Origin: Malacoraja senta
Taxonomy: Eukaryota
Length of the DNA stretch: 64,000 bases
Direction of reading: 5' to 3'
Assembly (NCBI GenBank): GCA_038087875.1
Contig: CM075988.1
Span: 6,510,001 to 6,574,000 of the forward strand
Each line of letters starts with the position of its first letter. Position 1 is the first letter of the stretch. The translations under genes and the position numbers were made by a program. Below, one piece after another: positions 1 through 12,196 of this stretch. Under the pieces are notes generated by a model. That model worked only from the letters and a program-made list of their open reading frames with translations. It had not been told where the DNA came from and made no database searches.

Positions 1-502
1 AGTTCGATCCTGACCACGGGTTTTCCCTGGGTTTCCTCCCACACACCAAGGACGTGCTGGTTTATAGGTTAATTGGCTTCGGTGAAAATTGTAAAATGTC
101 CCTAGTATGTGTAGGATAGTGTTAGTGTGCGGGGATCACTGGTCAGCGTGGACTCAGTGGGCCAAAGGGCCAGTTTCCTCTAAAACAAAACTAAAGAGAG
201 AGAGTTAGATTTAGCTCTTAGGTCTAACAGGATCAAGGGATATGGGGAAATAGCAGGAATGGGGTACTGATTTTAGATGATCAGCCATGTTCATATTGAA
301 TGGCAGTGCTGGCTCGAAGGGCCGAATGGCCTACTCCTGCACCTATTTTTTATGTTTCTATGTTTCTAAATCGTGTACACCCATATCCTCACAGATGCGG
401 ATATACTCTTCATTACGTTGATCGATGTTGATTGTTTTATAGTTGAACTCAGCAGCTGATTTACACAAGACAAGGTTCAATGAAGATCAGTCATTATTTG
501 CT

Positions 503-670
503 TTCAAGAGAGAGCTAGATAAGGCTCTCAAAACTAGCGGAGTCAGGGGATATGGGGAGAAGGCAGGAACGGGGTACTGATTGGGGATGATCAGCCATGA
601 TCACATTGAATGGCGGTGCTGGCTCGAAGGGCCAAATGGCCTACTCCTGCACCTATTGTCTATTGTCTAT
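503..670 (+). mobile_element. CR1 3' UTR fragment (another copy at about 195-370)
   Basis: ttcaagagagagctagat...gctggctcgaagggccaaatggcctactcctgcacc(tattgtc)n. Confidence 0.85.
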
Positions 671-726
671 TTCAAGGTTACAAGGTCAGTTTATTGTCAC
701 ATGTACCAATTAAGGTACAGTGAAAT

Positions 727-835
727 TCAGTCTGAAGGAGGGTATCGACCCGAAACGTCACCTATTCCTTCGCTCCATCGATGCTGCCTCACCACTGAGT
801 TTCTCCAGCATTTTTGTCTACCTGTGAAATTCGAT
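727..835 (+). mobile_element. Penelope-like terminal remnant with hammerhead-like motif
   Basis: cagtctgaaggagggtatcgacccgaaacgtcacctattcc...ccagcatttttgtctacct. Confidence 0.7.
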
Positions 836-1829
836 TTAACCAGTGTTTGCAGAAATTGATTCAACGATAGAAACAAATCAGAACGTTCTTACTCTCAAAT
901 GGCAGCACAGTGGTGCAGCTGGTAGAATTGCTGCCTCACAGCCCCAGAGACCCGGGTTCGATCCTGACCTCAGGTGCTATTTGTGTGGAGTTTGCACGTT
1001 CTTTCAGTCTGAAGAAGGGTCCCGGCCCGAAAACGCCACCCATTCTTTTTCTCCAGAGATGCTGCCTGACCCGTTGAGTTACCCCAGCACTTTGTGTCTA
1101 TCTAAGAGTTAATGCAAACTGTTTCACTTTCAGACACTGCCCGCTGGCTCAGTGTAAAATGTCAATTAGTTATGCTGCCAAAGTCTCCAATTTCATACCA
1201 GCTCTTAAATTTCTCTCAAAAAATGCAAAGCCTTCACATACAGGCTGTGTTCCCATTCCACCCACACAATGTGCTCCTGTCTGAGCCAACATAAGCCAAG
1301 TTCTGAGGGAAGGGAATTTCTGAAGGCACCTGGGGCATGCTGAGCTTATTCTCCACCAGCTGTTGGCTAGTTTAATGGCATCTTCTCTACCTGGAGATAT
1401 CGCAGGTGTCCAGTCTACAATCAAACCAGACTTCACCATTCCTGACATGTCAACCACTTGCTTACTTTTAATAAGAACTCTTCTCCTTCCATCGCAGCTA
1501 AGATAGTTTGTTATGTAGGCCCCATGTTACCATCCAACGACAGGCTTAGCAAATGAACAGCAAAGGATTAGACAAAAGGAACTGCAAATGCTGGAATCTT
1601 GGGCAAAAAAATAGAAAGTGCTGGAGTAACTCAGTGGGTCCGGCCGCATCTCTGGAGAGCATGGAGAGGCGATGTTTCAGGTTGGAGGCAACCCAAAAAT
1701 GCAAAGGACTATTCAGTTAGGGAGTGATTCAAATCAGATGACGCGTGATCTCACCCTCTCAGTAGTGATCAGCAGTGAATTAATTGCTCTGTTTATAAAG
1801 CCCAGGAACAATTGTTGGACTGAATGTAG

Positions 1830-2015
1830 AAACAAGGAACTGCAGATGCTGGTTTCCAAAATAAAAAGTGCACAAAGTGCTGGAGTAATCAGCGGGTAAG
1901 GCAGCATCTCTGGACAACATGTGTAGATGACGTCTGAAGAAGGGTCTCGACCCGAAACATCGCCCTTTTATGTTCTCCAGAGATGCTGCCTGACCCGCTG
2001 AGTTACACCAGCATC
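1830..2015. mobile_element. Inverted pair of Penelope-like terminal remnants
   Basis: Minus-strand copy (aggaactgcagatgctgg...gcagcatctctgga) abuts a plus-strand copy (ctgaagaagggtctcgacccgaaac...gatgctgcctgacccgctgag). Confidence 0.7.
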
Positions 2016-2377
2016 TGGTGCCCTTAATTGTAGGACACTGTTCCATTTAAGGCTAACAGTAGCATTCACAGAGGTTGTGTTCAGAGATGCTCATGCTGCC
2101 CAGTAATGACTGTGGGGCACCCAGTGTGTTGGTGGCTTCAGTCACTGTAGCTGGAGATGGAGAGGAGGGCGATTCAGTTTTAGACTTTAGAGATCGGAAG
2201 ACAGACATAAAAAGCCAGAGTAACTCAGCAGGACAGGCAGCATCTCTGGAGAGAATGAATGGGTGGTATTTCGGATTGAGACCCTTCTTCAGACTGGTTA
2301 GGGATAAGGGAAACGAGAGATATAGACGATGATGTAGAGAGATAAAGAACAATGAATGAAAGATGGACCAAAGACAC

Positions 2378-2650
2378 AACGGTGTAGCTGGTAGAGCTGC
2401 TGCCTCACAGCACCAAAGACCCAGGTTCAATTATGAACTCGATTGCTGTCTGTGTGGAGCTTCCACGTTCTTCCTGTGGGTTTCCTCCAGGTGCTCCGGT
2501 TTCCTCCCACATCCCAGAGACGTGCGGATTTATGGATGAATCGCCCCTCATGTGGAAAGTGCAATCATAGATATTGTGTGAATGGGATAGCGATAGTTGG
2601 CGTGGACTCAGTGGGCCGAAGGGGCCTGTTGGCGCGGGAATGTCTTTCAA
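2378..2650 (+). mobile_element. V-type tRNA SINE
   Basis: Same tRNA head, V-domain and gggccgaagggg tail. Confidence 0.8.
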
Positions 2651-2839
2651 TCAATCGATTCAGATTTAAAAGACAGTTTACCATTTTAAATGTGTTTAGG
2701 TGGGGCCCGGAATACCTTGTTAAATGTGAAGGGACCAGGCTTGGAAAAGGTGCAGGTCTGGGAGGAGCTGTGAGAGGACTTCATTGGTTGGTCTGTTCAG
2801 AGCCACAATGGGACTGAACAGCTTCCTTACATATTGTGA

Positions 2840-3302
2840 CAGTTGCTGCCTTACAGCGCCAGAGACTCGGGGTTCGATCATGACCACGGTTGCTGTCTGT
2901 ATGGAGCTTGCACGGTCTCCCTTTGAGTGCATGGGTTCCACATCCCAAAGACGTACAGTTTTGTAGGTTAATTGGCTTTAGACAATAGACAATAGGTGCA
3001 GGAGTAGGCCATTCGGCCCTTCGAGCCAGCACCGCCATTCAATGTGATCATGGTTGATCATCCCCAATCAGTACCCCGTTCCTGCCTCCTCCCCATATCC
3101 CCTGACTCCGCTATCTTTAAGAGCCCTATCTAGCTCTCTCTTGAAAGTATCCAGAGAACCTGCCTCCACCGCCCTCTGAGGCAGAGAATTCCACAGACTC
3201 CACAGCTTTGGTATAATTGTAAATTGTCCGTAGTGTGTAGAATAGTGTTTGTGTACGGGGTGATCGCTGGTCGGCATGGACTTGGTCTGTATCTCCAAAG
3301 TC
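2840..3302 (+). mobile_element. V-type SINE interrupted by a minus-strand CR1 3' fragment (2980-3204)
   Basis: SINE sequence resumes (ggtataattgtaaattgtcc) after the insert, which is flanked by GCTTT at 2975-2979 and 3205-3209. Confidence 0.8.
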
Positions 3303-3990
3303 TACTCTCCACAGTCTATCCTGCAGCTTGAACCAGGTGTGTTGAATTATGCACAGTACGACCAACGCTCTGCGTACATGATATTGCCGTGCAGTCAGCG
3401 GGAACACGGGCAGGCAGTGGTGATGCCGTGGGTTCCCCACGGTGCAGGCCGTGATTACCCACAGCTATGGGGCGTCTGGCTTGCTTTACAGAGAGCGGAA
3501 CCCTTCAGAGGCCTGGTAACACCCGACAGCTTGGATTTATCAGTTGAAAGTGAATCGGGGACAGGAGGAAACCGAACGGTGCCGACATCTGGGATATGCA
3601 TCGTTAAAGACTCAGAGCATTTTGGAAAATTAATACGTTGTTGGAGGTGTTCGGTTCTGCACAGCCGGTGCCCAGGGAGCTGGGCTGCTCCGCATTCAGT
3701 GTTGGGTGTCTGATTGGAAAGCAAGCTGCCACATTAAATTTGAAAAGTAAACTCTGAGAAGCCACAAGAGGCTGGCGTCATGCTGACAGTCAGATAGAAG
3801 GCAGCAGTGCCTTTCCCCAGCACTCTCCCACGTACTCAACTATCACCATGTACAGAGCCAAGGTGGGGGGGGGGGGGGGGGGGGGTGGGGATCAGCCGTC
3901 AAGAACGAATGGGGGGGGGGGGGAGGGACCATTGGGGCAAAAAAGGGTACGTAACTTATAGGAAGGTACTGCAGATACTGGTTTAAACCT

Positions 3991-4126
3991 TCTTCTTCTT
4001 TCGTGTGGCGTGCACAGCCTAAAGTTGTTGGACAACTTGTTCTATTTGATCTTCCGTTTGTGCACGTCGAGTTGATTGCATTAGTCGAAACAGGGCGGAC
4101 CACGTGAAGGTTGCAATTTCCACCCC
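3991..4126 (-). mobile_element. Short non-autonomous retroposon with 5' HDV-like ribozyme and (AAG)n 3' tail
   Basis: Flanked by direct repeat (C)TGGTTTAAACCT at 3978/9-3990 and 4126/7-4138. The TCTTCTTCTT at 3991 is an AAG-repeat tail on the - strand. No tRNA head or ORF. Confidence 0.85.
4075..4126 (-). ncRNA. Minimal HDV-like self-cleaving ribozyme (predicted fold)
   Basis: Minus strand reads GGGGUGG AA AUUGCA ACC UUCACGU GGU CCGCCCU G UUUCGA C UAA UGCAAU. This gives a 7-bp P1 with G1-U wobble, 6-bp P2, 3-bp P3, 7-nt L3, and J4/2 CUAA with the catalytic-position C at 4084. Confidence 0.8.
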
Positions 4127-5029
4127 TGGTTTAAACCTAAGATAGATCTATTCTACATTTTCCTTCATCTCCACCCCCTCTTATGTCCCTTTTCACACTT
4201 TACACTTCCTTATCTCTGTATTTCCCTCTCCCCTGACTCTCAGTCTGAAGAAGAGTCTCGACCCGAATCGTCACCCATTCTTTCTACCCAGAGGTGCTGC
4301 CTGTCCCACTGAGTTACTCCAGCATTTTGTGCCTCATCTTCAGTACTTGTAACTTTGTCAGTGCCCTTTATGCCCAGGTCTGCAAAGCAAAGCATCTCAC
4401 TGACAATAAAAGTATCCAATCTAATCCAATCTAATCTAATCTACTGTACTTTCTCCAGAAGCCTAGGACTCTTCATCAACAGAAAGCTCAATTGAAACCC
4501 ACGTTCTGTAACAACCCACTCACTGAGAGAACACACATGGCTCCCCTTTACAGATTAACCCATCTAAAGCACCCTCTCTAACACACTCACATATCAACAA
4601 TCATTCTCAAGGAGATAGCTGGGACCCCAAGTGAAGACAAATGGTCAGGAGTCCTGATGATGTAAAATGTTTGATGATTTATTCCAAGGGAGCAATTGGC
4701 CCTTCACAACCTTGCATACTATCTAAGATAGACACATAATGCCGGAGTAATCCAGTGGGCCAGCCAGCATCTCTGGAGAAAAGGGATAGGTGACTTTTCG
4801 GGTTGAGACCCTTCTTCAGACTGAGCGTCTGAATGTCTATCGTGCTCTGAATGTCCAGAGATCAGGCTCTATATAAATCCAAGTTCTATTTCCCTCTGCA
4901 CGTAGCCAAGCTTAAAGAAAACCTTGCCTCTTCTTTCAACACAACAGCATCAGGTCAATCAACGAGCTGTGGAAATTGAATTGCCTATTGATTATAGCCT
5001 TTTAGGTATAGAGAAATACCTGGTGGAAT

Positions 5030-5327
5030 GGTGGCGCAGCGGTAGAGTTGCTGCCTTACAGCGCCAGAGACCCGGGTTCGATCCTGACTGCGGGTGTTGT
5101 CTGTACGGAGTTTGTACGTTCGCCCCATGACCCCGGGTTTTCTCCAGCAGCTCCGGTTTCCTCCCACACTCCAAAGACATACAGGTTTGTAGGTTGATTG
5201 GCTTTGGTAAAAATGGTAAATTATCCCATAGTGTGTAGGATAATGTTAGTGTACGGGGTGATCGCTGGTTGGCAAGGACTCAGTGGGCCGAAGGGCCTGC
5301 TCCCATGCTGTTTCTCTAAAGTCTAAA
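5030..5327 (+). mobile_element. V-type tRNA SINE
   Basis: ggtggcgcagcggtagagttgctgcc...gggttcgatcc...ctccggtttcctcccacactccaaag...gggccgaagggcctg. Confidence 0.88.
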
Positions 5328-6569
5328 GGGCAAGAAATAAATATTTTGACAGAGAAAGTTCTGTTGCTGATTAGGCAGCCTGAAGGGCCTGTCTCAATGA
5401 GTAGGTACATTGTTTATTGAACTGAAACCTGTTTCTAACTTGTCAGAATATGGTATATTTAATTATTGTCAAAGATATGGACACTAACCAGAAAAAACAA
5501 TCATGAGGTTTATTTTTTTAGCAGAACCCTTATACAGTATTTTCTTATTGAAAAAAACATTCCTTAAACTGAAGATAATATGGGGAAAATAAAACAGTAA
5601 AGAATAACTAAATGGATATTCAGTTGTGGGAGAGAGTCGAGAAAGATGACATGAAGATTGTTTGAAGGTTTTAAAAGCTTTAGTTCAGTATAGTTTAGAG
5701 ATACAACGTGGAAACAGGCCATTTGGCCCATCGAGTCCATGCCGACCAGCGATCACTACACACTAACACTATCCTGCACACACTGGGGACAATTTACAAT
5801 TTTTCCAAGCCAATTAGCCTACAAACCTGTAGGTCTTTGGAGGTGCAGTGAGACGGAGAGATAGAGTAGGGCTAAGAGCAGGAATAGAAGTAAGAAGCTA
5901 TGAATTGCACCCATTGATGAAAAAAGGCAGAAGAGATAAATAAATAAACAAATTTAGGAAGGGGTGGTGAGGTGAGGGAAACGGCAGAGGTTTGAGGGGG
6001 GATTTGAGTTGTAATGAAACAGGAGACAGAAATGCAATATCAGGTGATGAGAAGAAGGATAATGGAGCAAAGACTTGTGTGCAGGAGCCTTTTCAACGTG
6101 TTGCGTTTACTCAGGTGTATAATGAGAGGCCAATAAAGAGAACATTGGAAAAATTAGGTCAGAGCTTCTAAATCATCAGTTTCTGGAAGCAATGACTAAA
6201 TTTCCATTCTATGTGCAGCAGAGTTGTCCCAGGGGGTCCAATTAACCAGACCTCATTTCTTGTCCTAGACTCACAGAGCTTTTGATTATATATAGTTTAT
6301 AAATACATAAGAGTCAGAATATTTAGCCCTTTGCCTGCTCGTGATCACAAGGAAACCTATTAAGTCAGGGAAACACAATATTTGTGGAATTACAACACAA
6401 ATTCCATTAATGCGGCTTCCTCTATGTCGGTAAGACCAAGCATAGGTTTGGTGACTATTTTGCAAAGCACCTGCTCTCTGTCCACAGCCACCACTTTTAT
6501 CTTCTGGTTCATTTCATCCCAACTCCCTACCGACTTGCCCTCAATGTGTCTGTCCTCCGTCGTCTCTGG

Positions 6570-6993
6570 AATCCACTGGAATTTAGAGGAATGAGGGGGC
6601 ATCTTATAGAAACATATACAATTCTTAAGGGATTGGACAGGCTAGATGCAGGAAAAATGTTCCCCATGTTGGGGGAGTCCAGAACCAGCGGTCACAGTTT
6701 AGGAAAATGGGATAGGTCATTTAGGACTGAGATGAGGAAAAACTTTTTCAGCCAGAGAATTGTGAATCTGTGGAATTCTCTGCCACAGAAGGCAGTGGAG
6801 GCTGATTCACTGGATGTATTCAAGAGAGAGTTAGGTATAGCTCTTAGGGCTAAAGGAATCAAGGGTTATGGGGAGAAAGCAGAAACAAGGTACTGATTCT
6901 GGATGATCAGCCATGATCATATTGAATGGCGGTGTTGGGTCAAAGGGCTGAATGGCCTACTCCTGCACCTATTTTCTATGTCTATGTCTATGT
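6570..6993 (+). mobile_element. CR1 LINE 3' fragment
   Basis: Translates LEFRGMRGHLIETYTILKGLDRLDAGKMF...RTEMRKNFFSQRIVNLWNSLP, followed by the CR1 3' UTR and (TCTATG)n tail. Confidence 0.9.
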
Positions 6994-7764
6994 TTTCTTT
7001 GTCTCCGGGTTTGATCCTGGCTACGGGTGCTGCCTGTATGGAGTTTGTACGTTCTCCCCGTGACCATGTGGGTTTTCTCCAGGTGCTCCGGTTTCCTCCC
7101 ACACTCCAAAGATGTGCAGGTTTGTAGGCTAATTGGCATTGGTATAATTGTAAATTGTCCCCAGTGTGTGTAGGATAATGTTAGTGCGCGGGGATCATTG
7201 GTCAGCGCAGACTTGGTGGTGTATCTCAACTAAACTAAAGTAAAGTACTTCCTGCTTGATGGTAGCAGCAAGACAAGGGCATGACGTGAATGGTGGAGAT
7301 TGTTGGTGATTGATGACACATTCCAGAATGTTTGAAAACAGACAAAGCTCAAGCCATTGGCCTCATCAGAGCACTCACTCACAGAAGTCTTTTCTCAGGT
7401 AAATCATTTGTTTTGGGGCTGGACTAAAAACTACGAGAGTCCCATTGGAAGCAAGAGAGGATAAGAGCTTCTTTGTGATCGTGAACCCACGACTGCATTG
7501 GGACATGGGGAGGGAAGGAGTCCAAGAGTTGTGACTAGTTAACTTGGTGTTAGGATTAAAACTAGTTTATGGGAAGAAATAAACTATCTACCCTAAGGGT
7601 TGTGGTGGAGAGCTAGACTGGAGTTGTGATCAGCCCAATGGCTGGTATCAAGGTGCCCTAGAGGTATCTTCAGCTTGGATAAGGTGAGAACTTAATGGAG
7701 ATCTACCTGTAGGTGGATCTAAATACTGACTTCATGCCCTGTGTCTTAGAGAGCAATGTTCTTT

Positions 7765-8050
7765 ACTTTAGAGATACAGCGCCAGAACAGGCCCTTCGGC
7801 TCACTGAGTCTGCGCCGACCAGCGATTTCCATACACTAGAACTATCCTTCACACTGGGGACATTTTACAATTTTACCGAAGCCAATTAACCTCCAACCCC
7901 GCACATCTTTAGAGTGTGGGAAGAAACCGGACCTACCGGAGAAAACCCACGCAGGTCACGAGGAGAACGTACAAACTCCGTACGGACAGCACCCATAGTC
8001 AGGATCAAACCCTGTGAGGCAGCAACTCTACCCCTGCGCCTCTGTGCCAC
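7765..8050 (-). mobile_element. V-type tRNA SINE
   Basis: Reverse complement of the SINE family (tttagagatacagc...gaggcagcaactctacc). Confidence 0.85.
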
Positions 8051-8961
8051 AATAAATAAATAAGATATTTTCAAGCAGTCTTCAGTGGAGGTGGAGTTTA
8101 TGTGCCATACAATGCACAGTTGACTTTTACAGAGTGATATCCAATTTTGTATTGCGTGCCATTGTATGCTGGTGCACATGTTTCGAAGCATTCGATACAC
8201 ATGTAGGAACCTGAAGCAATTCACCAACCTTCGCAAATGCACTCGTTGAATAAAACTCTGCTCTTGCAGAGTGCGTGGAAATATTTCACTGAGCAAAATA
8301 ATTTCTGGGGTTCTGGACTGTGTCACTGCCTAATTGTGTCTGACGTGAATTCACCAAGCCGAGACTAATATTTTTATGGGGAATAAGCAGGGCACTGCTC
8401 ACTCCCAAGAATTCCAGAACCTCGTTTCCGAGCTGCTGCTGCAAGCATTGTTTTTTCAATGCAGCTAACAGTCATGAGAGGGGCTGAGTTTAAGGTTGGT
8501 GCGGAGAAGGCAGAAGTAATAATCTTTCACTTCATGCTGGTCTTGGCTTGTCTCAGCTTGAAAGAACTCTGGGCCCCAGGACTCCAGGCTTCAATCCCCT
8601 GAAGTACAGTATATGCAAAAACTGTCAGTCTGCAAGAATGCCTCTGCCTCTTCAAAGGGGAGGCTTGGCTTCATGCTGCTGCTTCTTAACTGCCTCTCAG
8701 AAAGCAGTGATCAGCCACGAGAAAACCCATTAAAGTTAAAGCAGGTCATCGGAAGATTGACAGAATGAACATCAACCTCCGCAGGTGGCTCAAGCCGATC
8801 AGGTATGAGCTCATCAAGTGTCTGAATAACACTGGCTGCGACCCAGAGCAAAGCACCACCGCCTCTGAGAATAAAACTGACACTTGGCAAGTTAACAGTA
8901 TCAGTCCCAGGGGCTAATATTGAGACCTGGGGGGCAAACGGCGCCACTTTGCCAATTAACA

Positions 8962-9260
8962 GGGCGGCACGGTGGCACAGCAGTAGAGTTGCTGCTTTAC
9001 AGCACCAGAGACGTGGGTTCCATCCTGACTAAGGGTGCTTTTCTGTACGGATTTGGTAAGTTCTCCCCGTGACCTGCATGGGTTTTCTCCGGGTGCTCCG
9101 GTTTCCTCCCGCACTCCAAAGACGTACAGGTTTGTAGGCTAATTGGCTTGCTACAATTGTAAATTGTCCCTAGTGTGTGCAGGGATCGCTGGTCAGCGCG
9201 GACTCGGTGGGCCGAAGGGCCTGTTTCCGCGTTGTATCTTTAAACTAAACTAAACTAAAC
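8962..9260 (+). mobile_element. Full-length tRNA-derived V-type SINE (shark/ray HE1-like) with CR1-like tail
   Basis: A-box ggtggcacagcagt and B-box-like gggttccatcc. Central V-domain ttctccccgtgacctgcatgggttttctccgggtgctccggtttcctccc. Tail ggtgggccgaagggcctgtttcc and (TAAAC)n. Confidence 0.88.
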
Positions 9261-10569
9261 AGATGATCCAGAGACTGGCTGCTTTACCTGAGATGTTAGG
9301 AATGATAAACCGGATACATATATTATATCAGTGCAGCTAATGGTAGCACTGCAATAGCTGACAATGCTGCAGCAGAGGTTAGCAGAGACTTAGCAGTGAA
9401 CACAGCAGAGGCTAACTGTACCAGGCAACAGTGGCACCAGCTGACAGTATCACCAGAGAATGTACCACTGACACTCCGGAGGGAAACAGTGGAACTCTAG
9501 ATTAAGATTCAGAATAGGTTATTGTCATATACACCAGGCTGCAATGAAATTCTTTGTTTGCTTGAAGCACACAGAGTAAACAGTTCATGGTAATGATATA
9601 GTTCAACAATAAATACAACACTGAATGCAAAACATCAGAAATTAACAGTGACACCTTAGATGTTTTATAAAATTATATACATAGAGGCAGGCCCTTCGCC
9701 CACTGCTGGCCCACCTATAATAATTCCATTTAACACCATTTTGCCCATTGTCCTCTAGTGGGTGAGCGATGGTCAGCATGGACTTGATGGGCTGAAGGGC
9801 CTGTTTACATGCTGTATCTTTCAATCAATCAATCTAACCTTACGAACCCCACTTGTTTGCACCTTTGGACTTGGATCATACAAAATGGTCGCGGAAACGT
9901 GACAACGTTTGTGTACTGTCTCAGTGTGATCTACTATTCCTACATACTTGTACTTAAGTTTGATTGTGCCGATGTATTGTAAGATTTTCACTGAACTGTG
10001 TGCAAAAAAAGGAATTTCACTATACTGAGGTACACGTGATAATAAAGTGCCATTGAATCATTGGACATGTACGATTCGTCAATACAAGTGTTCAACACGA
10101 TACTTCTGAACTGGAACATAGAACAGAACAGGCCCTTCGGCCCACAATGCCTGTGCCGAACATGATGCCAGGACCAAATCTTACTTGCCTGCACATAACC
10201 CATATGCCTCCATTTCCTAAAAATCCAATGTTCATATCCAAAAGTCTCTTAAATGTCACTATCGTACCACCTCCCCACCTCCAGTATCCTCCCTATCTTT
10301 CACGCTGACTCCTGCTATCCTAAAGCTAACCGAATATTATCGTTCCAGGTAATTGCACTGTGCCATTAATTATTATTTCAATTAATTAAATGTCAATTAT
10401 TATGGTTGGTGCAGCCTGCCCCATGAATAAACAGCACAGGGCACTTCCCATGTTTATTTTGATAAGATACCATCACAAGGTGCAGCTTGAATTGTAAACT
10501 TAATGCATCCAACGTTGCTCATTGATTCAATCGCTTCTCCTTTTAGTTACCGACAGCAGGTGTATAAAA

Positions 10570-10912
10570 TAAAGCGAGGAATAGATCGGGTAGATGCAGA
10601 GTCTCTTGGCCAGAGTGGGGGAATCGAGAAGCAGAGGGCCTAGATTTAAAATGAAGGGGGAAAAATGTTATAGGTATCTGAAGGTTCAATTTTTCACATA
10701 AAAAGATTGGTGAGTGTATGGAACGAGTTGCCAGTGGAGGTAGTTGAGGCAGGGACTATCACCACGTTTAAGAAGCAATTAGACAGGTACATGGATAGGA
10801 CAGGTTTAATGGGATATGGGCCAAATGCAGGCAAGTGGGACCAGTGTAGATCGGTAGACCTGTTGGTCGGTGTGGACATATTGGGCCAAAGGGCCTGTTT
10901 CCACACTGTATA
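10570..10912 (+). mobile_element. CR1 LINE 3' fragment (second subfamily)
   Basis: Translates VSVWNELPVEVVEAGTITTFKKQLDRYM, followed by 3' UTR gggccaaagggcctgtttcc. Confidence 0.85.
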
Positions 10913-11427
10913 ACTGCAGCACAGCCATCAGGCTTTCCCTCATTGGAAGGGAATGGGACTGTAGTTCTGCTGGTGAACAGGTTTTACTTACGTAGATGTA
11001 ACTAAGCAGAGGAACTTATCCCATTCCAGAGTCACGGACCAGTGCACTTGACGTTAGCTGTGGCAGCTAGTAAACATTTGATAAAGCCACTGCTATGCAG
11101 GTTTATTGAGCCAAACCCCTTTATTCTTGAGAACGCCACCCATTATACAGAATCAGATTAAATTACTCTGTGTCTTTTAAAACTGCGAGCTTTGATTGTG
11201 AGGTGTGAGACGGTGATGATTATGGTTTATTCCACTCGATTCAAATAACATATCTAAATGTCAACTCCTTAACCATTTTTAAAAAAAGCACAAGCTGTTT
11301 TCAATAATTACTAATTGAGTAAACACCTCTTGTCTGAACAGTGATGCATAAAGACCTTTAGAGCCATGTTGTGCTGAGTCCTGGCACTTCCTGTTGCCTT
11401 GGGAACAGTTTTAAGCTGTTTACTTTC

Positions 11428-11475
11428 AGAGAGAGAGCGAGAGAGAGGGAGAGAGACAGAGAGAGAGAGAGAGAG
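11428..11475. repeat. (GA)n microsatellite
   Basis: agagagagagcgagagagagggagagagacagagagagagagagag. Confidence 0.9.
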
Positions 11476-12196
11476 CTCTGAGACCGTTGAGTACAAGATT
11501 GTCTGAGATTTTAGACGTTGCTATTCCGTTAATGCCTGAGCTTGGAAACACGATACAAATCTCTGACACAAACACGCCGATCATTGTTCTCTTGTGTGCT
11601 TGTTCCGAGCTAGTACTGTGGCTATTTTCTCTCGTGTCATCTCTAATACAGTGTCATTCAGCCCTCTCCATTGTCAGGAGAGCAATGCCCGCAGACACAT
11701 CTAGTACTGCGGCAGTCAATGTTCTGATGTTCATTATGCAGTGAATGTAGTGTGTGTCCAATTGGCATGGTGACCTAAGGGAGAAGTGTCGCCCAGCAGT
11801 GTGTGAAGAGGGAGCCAGTTCTCTCCGCAGCGCTGAGCACTGTGAACAGCCTGCGCCCGAGACGGTTTCCATACCTCTAAACCCCTTGTTCATCTCGCAC
11901 ACATTGAACCAGGTATCAAGCCCGTTGCCCTTCGGTTGTAAGGGAGACCTTAGTCTCGCTTTGCCTTCATTTTGAAGATGTCACCAGCTAAATGAGTTTG
12001 GTATTTATTATTCACAGGAGTTTCAACAAACACATTGAAAATTCAGATGTCCTGCGAGGTTTGTCAAAGGGGCAGGGAGTTGGTTGAGTGCACCCCCGAA
12101 TGGGTCGTGGGTTTCCTAGGATATACACAGGAGGGGAGGAGGTTGGGGAACAGCCCTGATTACAGACAGTGCAGGCTTGAGTGGGGAATGAATGCA

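Larger units (their letters stand above)
3958..4341 (+). mobile_element. Penelope-like element terminal remnant (host of the HDV-ribozyme insertion)
   Basis: Inverted piece taggaaggtactgcagatactggtttaaacc followed by cagtctgaagaagagtctcgacccgaatcgtcacccattc...gagttactccagcattttgtg. Same family as the tail of the GIY-YIG element at 44148-45030. Confidence 0.7.

Noticed and set aside
8962-9035. tRNA genes at SINE heads
   Set aside because: A/B boxes run directly into the V-domain and CR1-like tail; these are SINEs, not tRNA genes.
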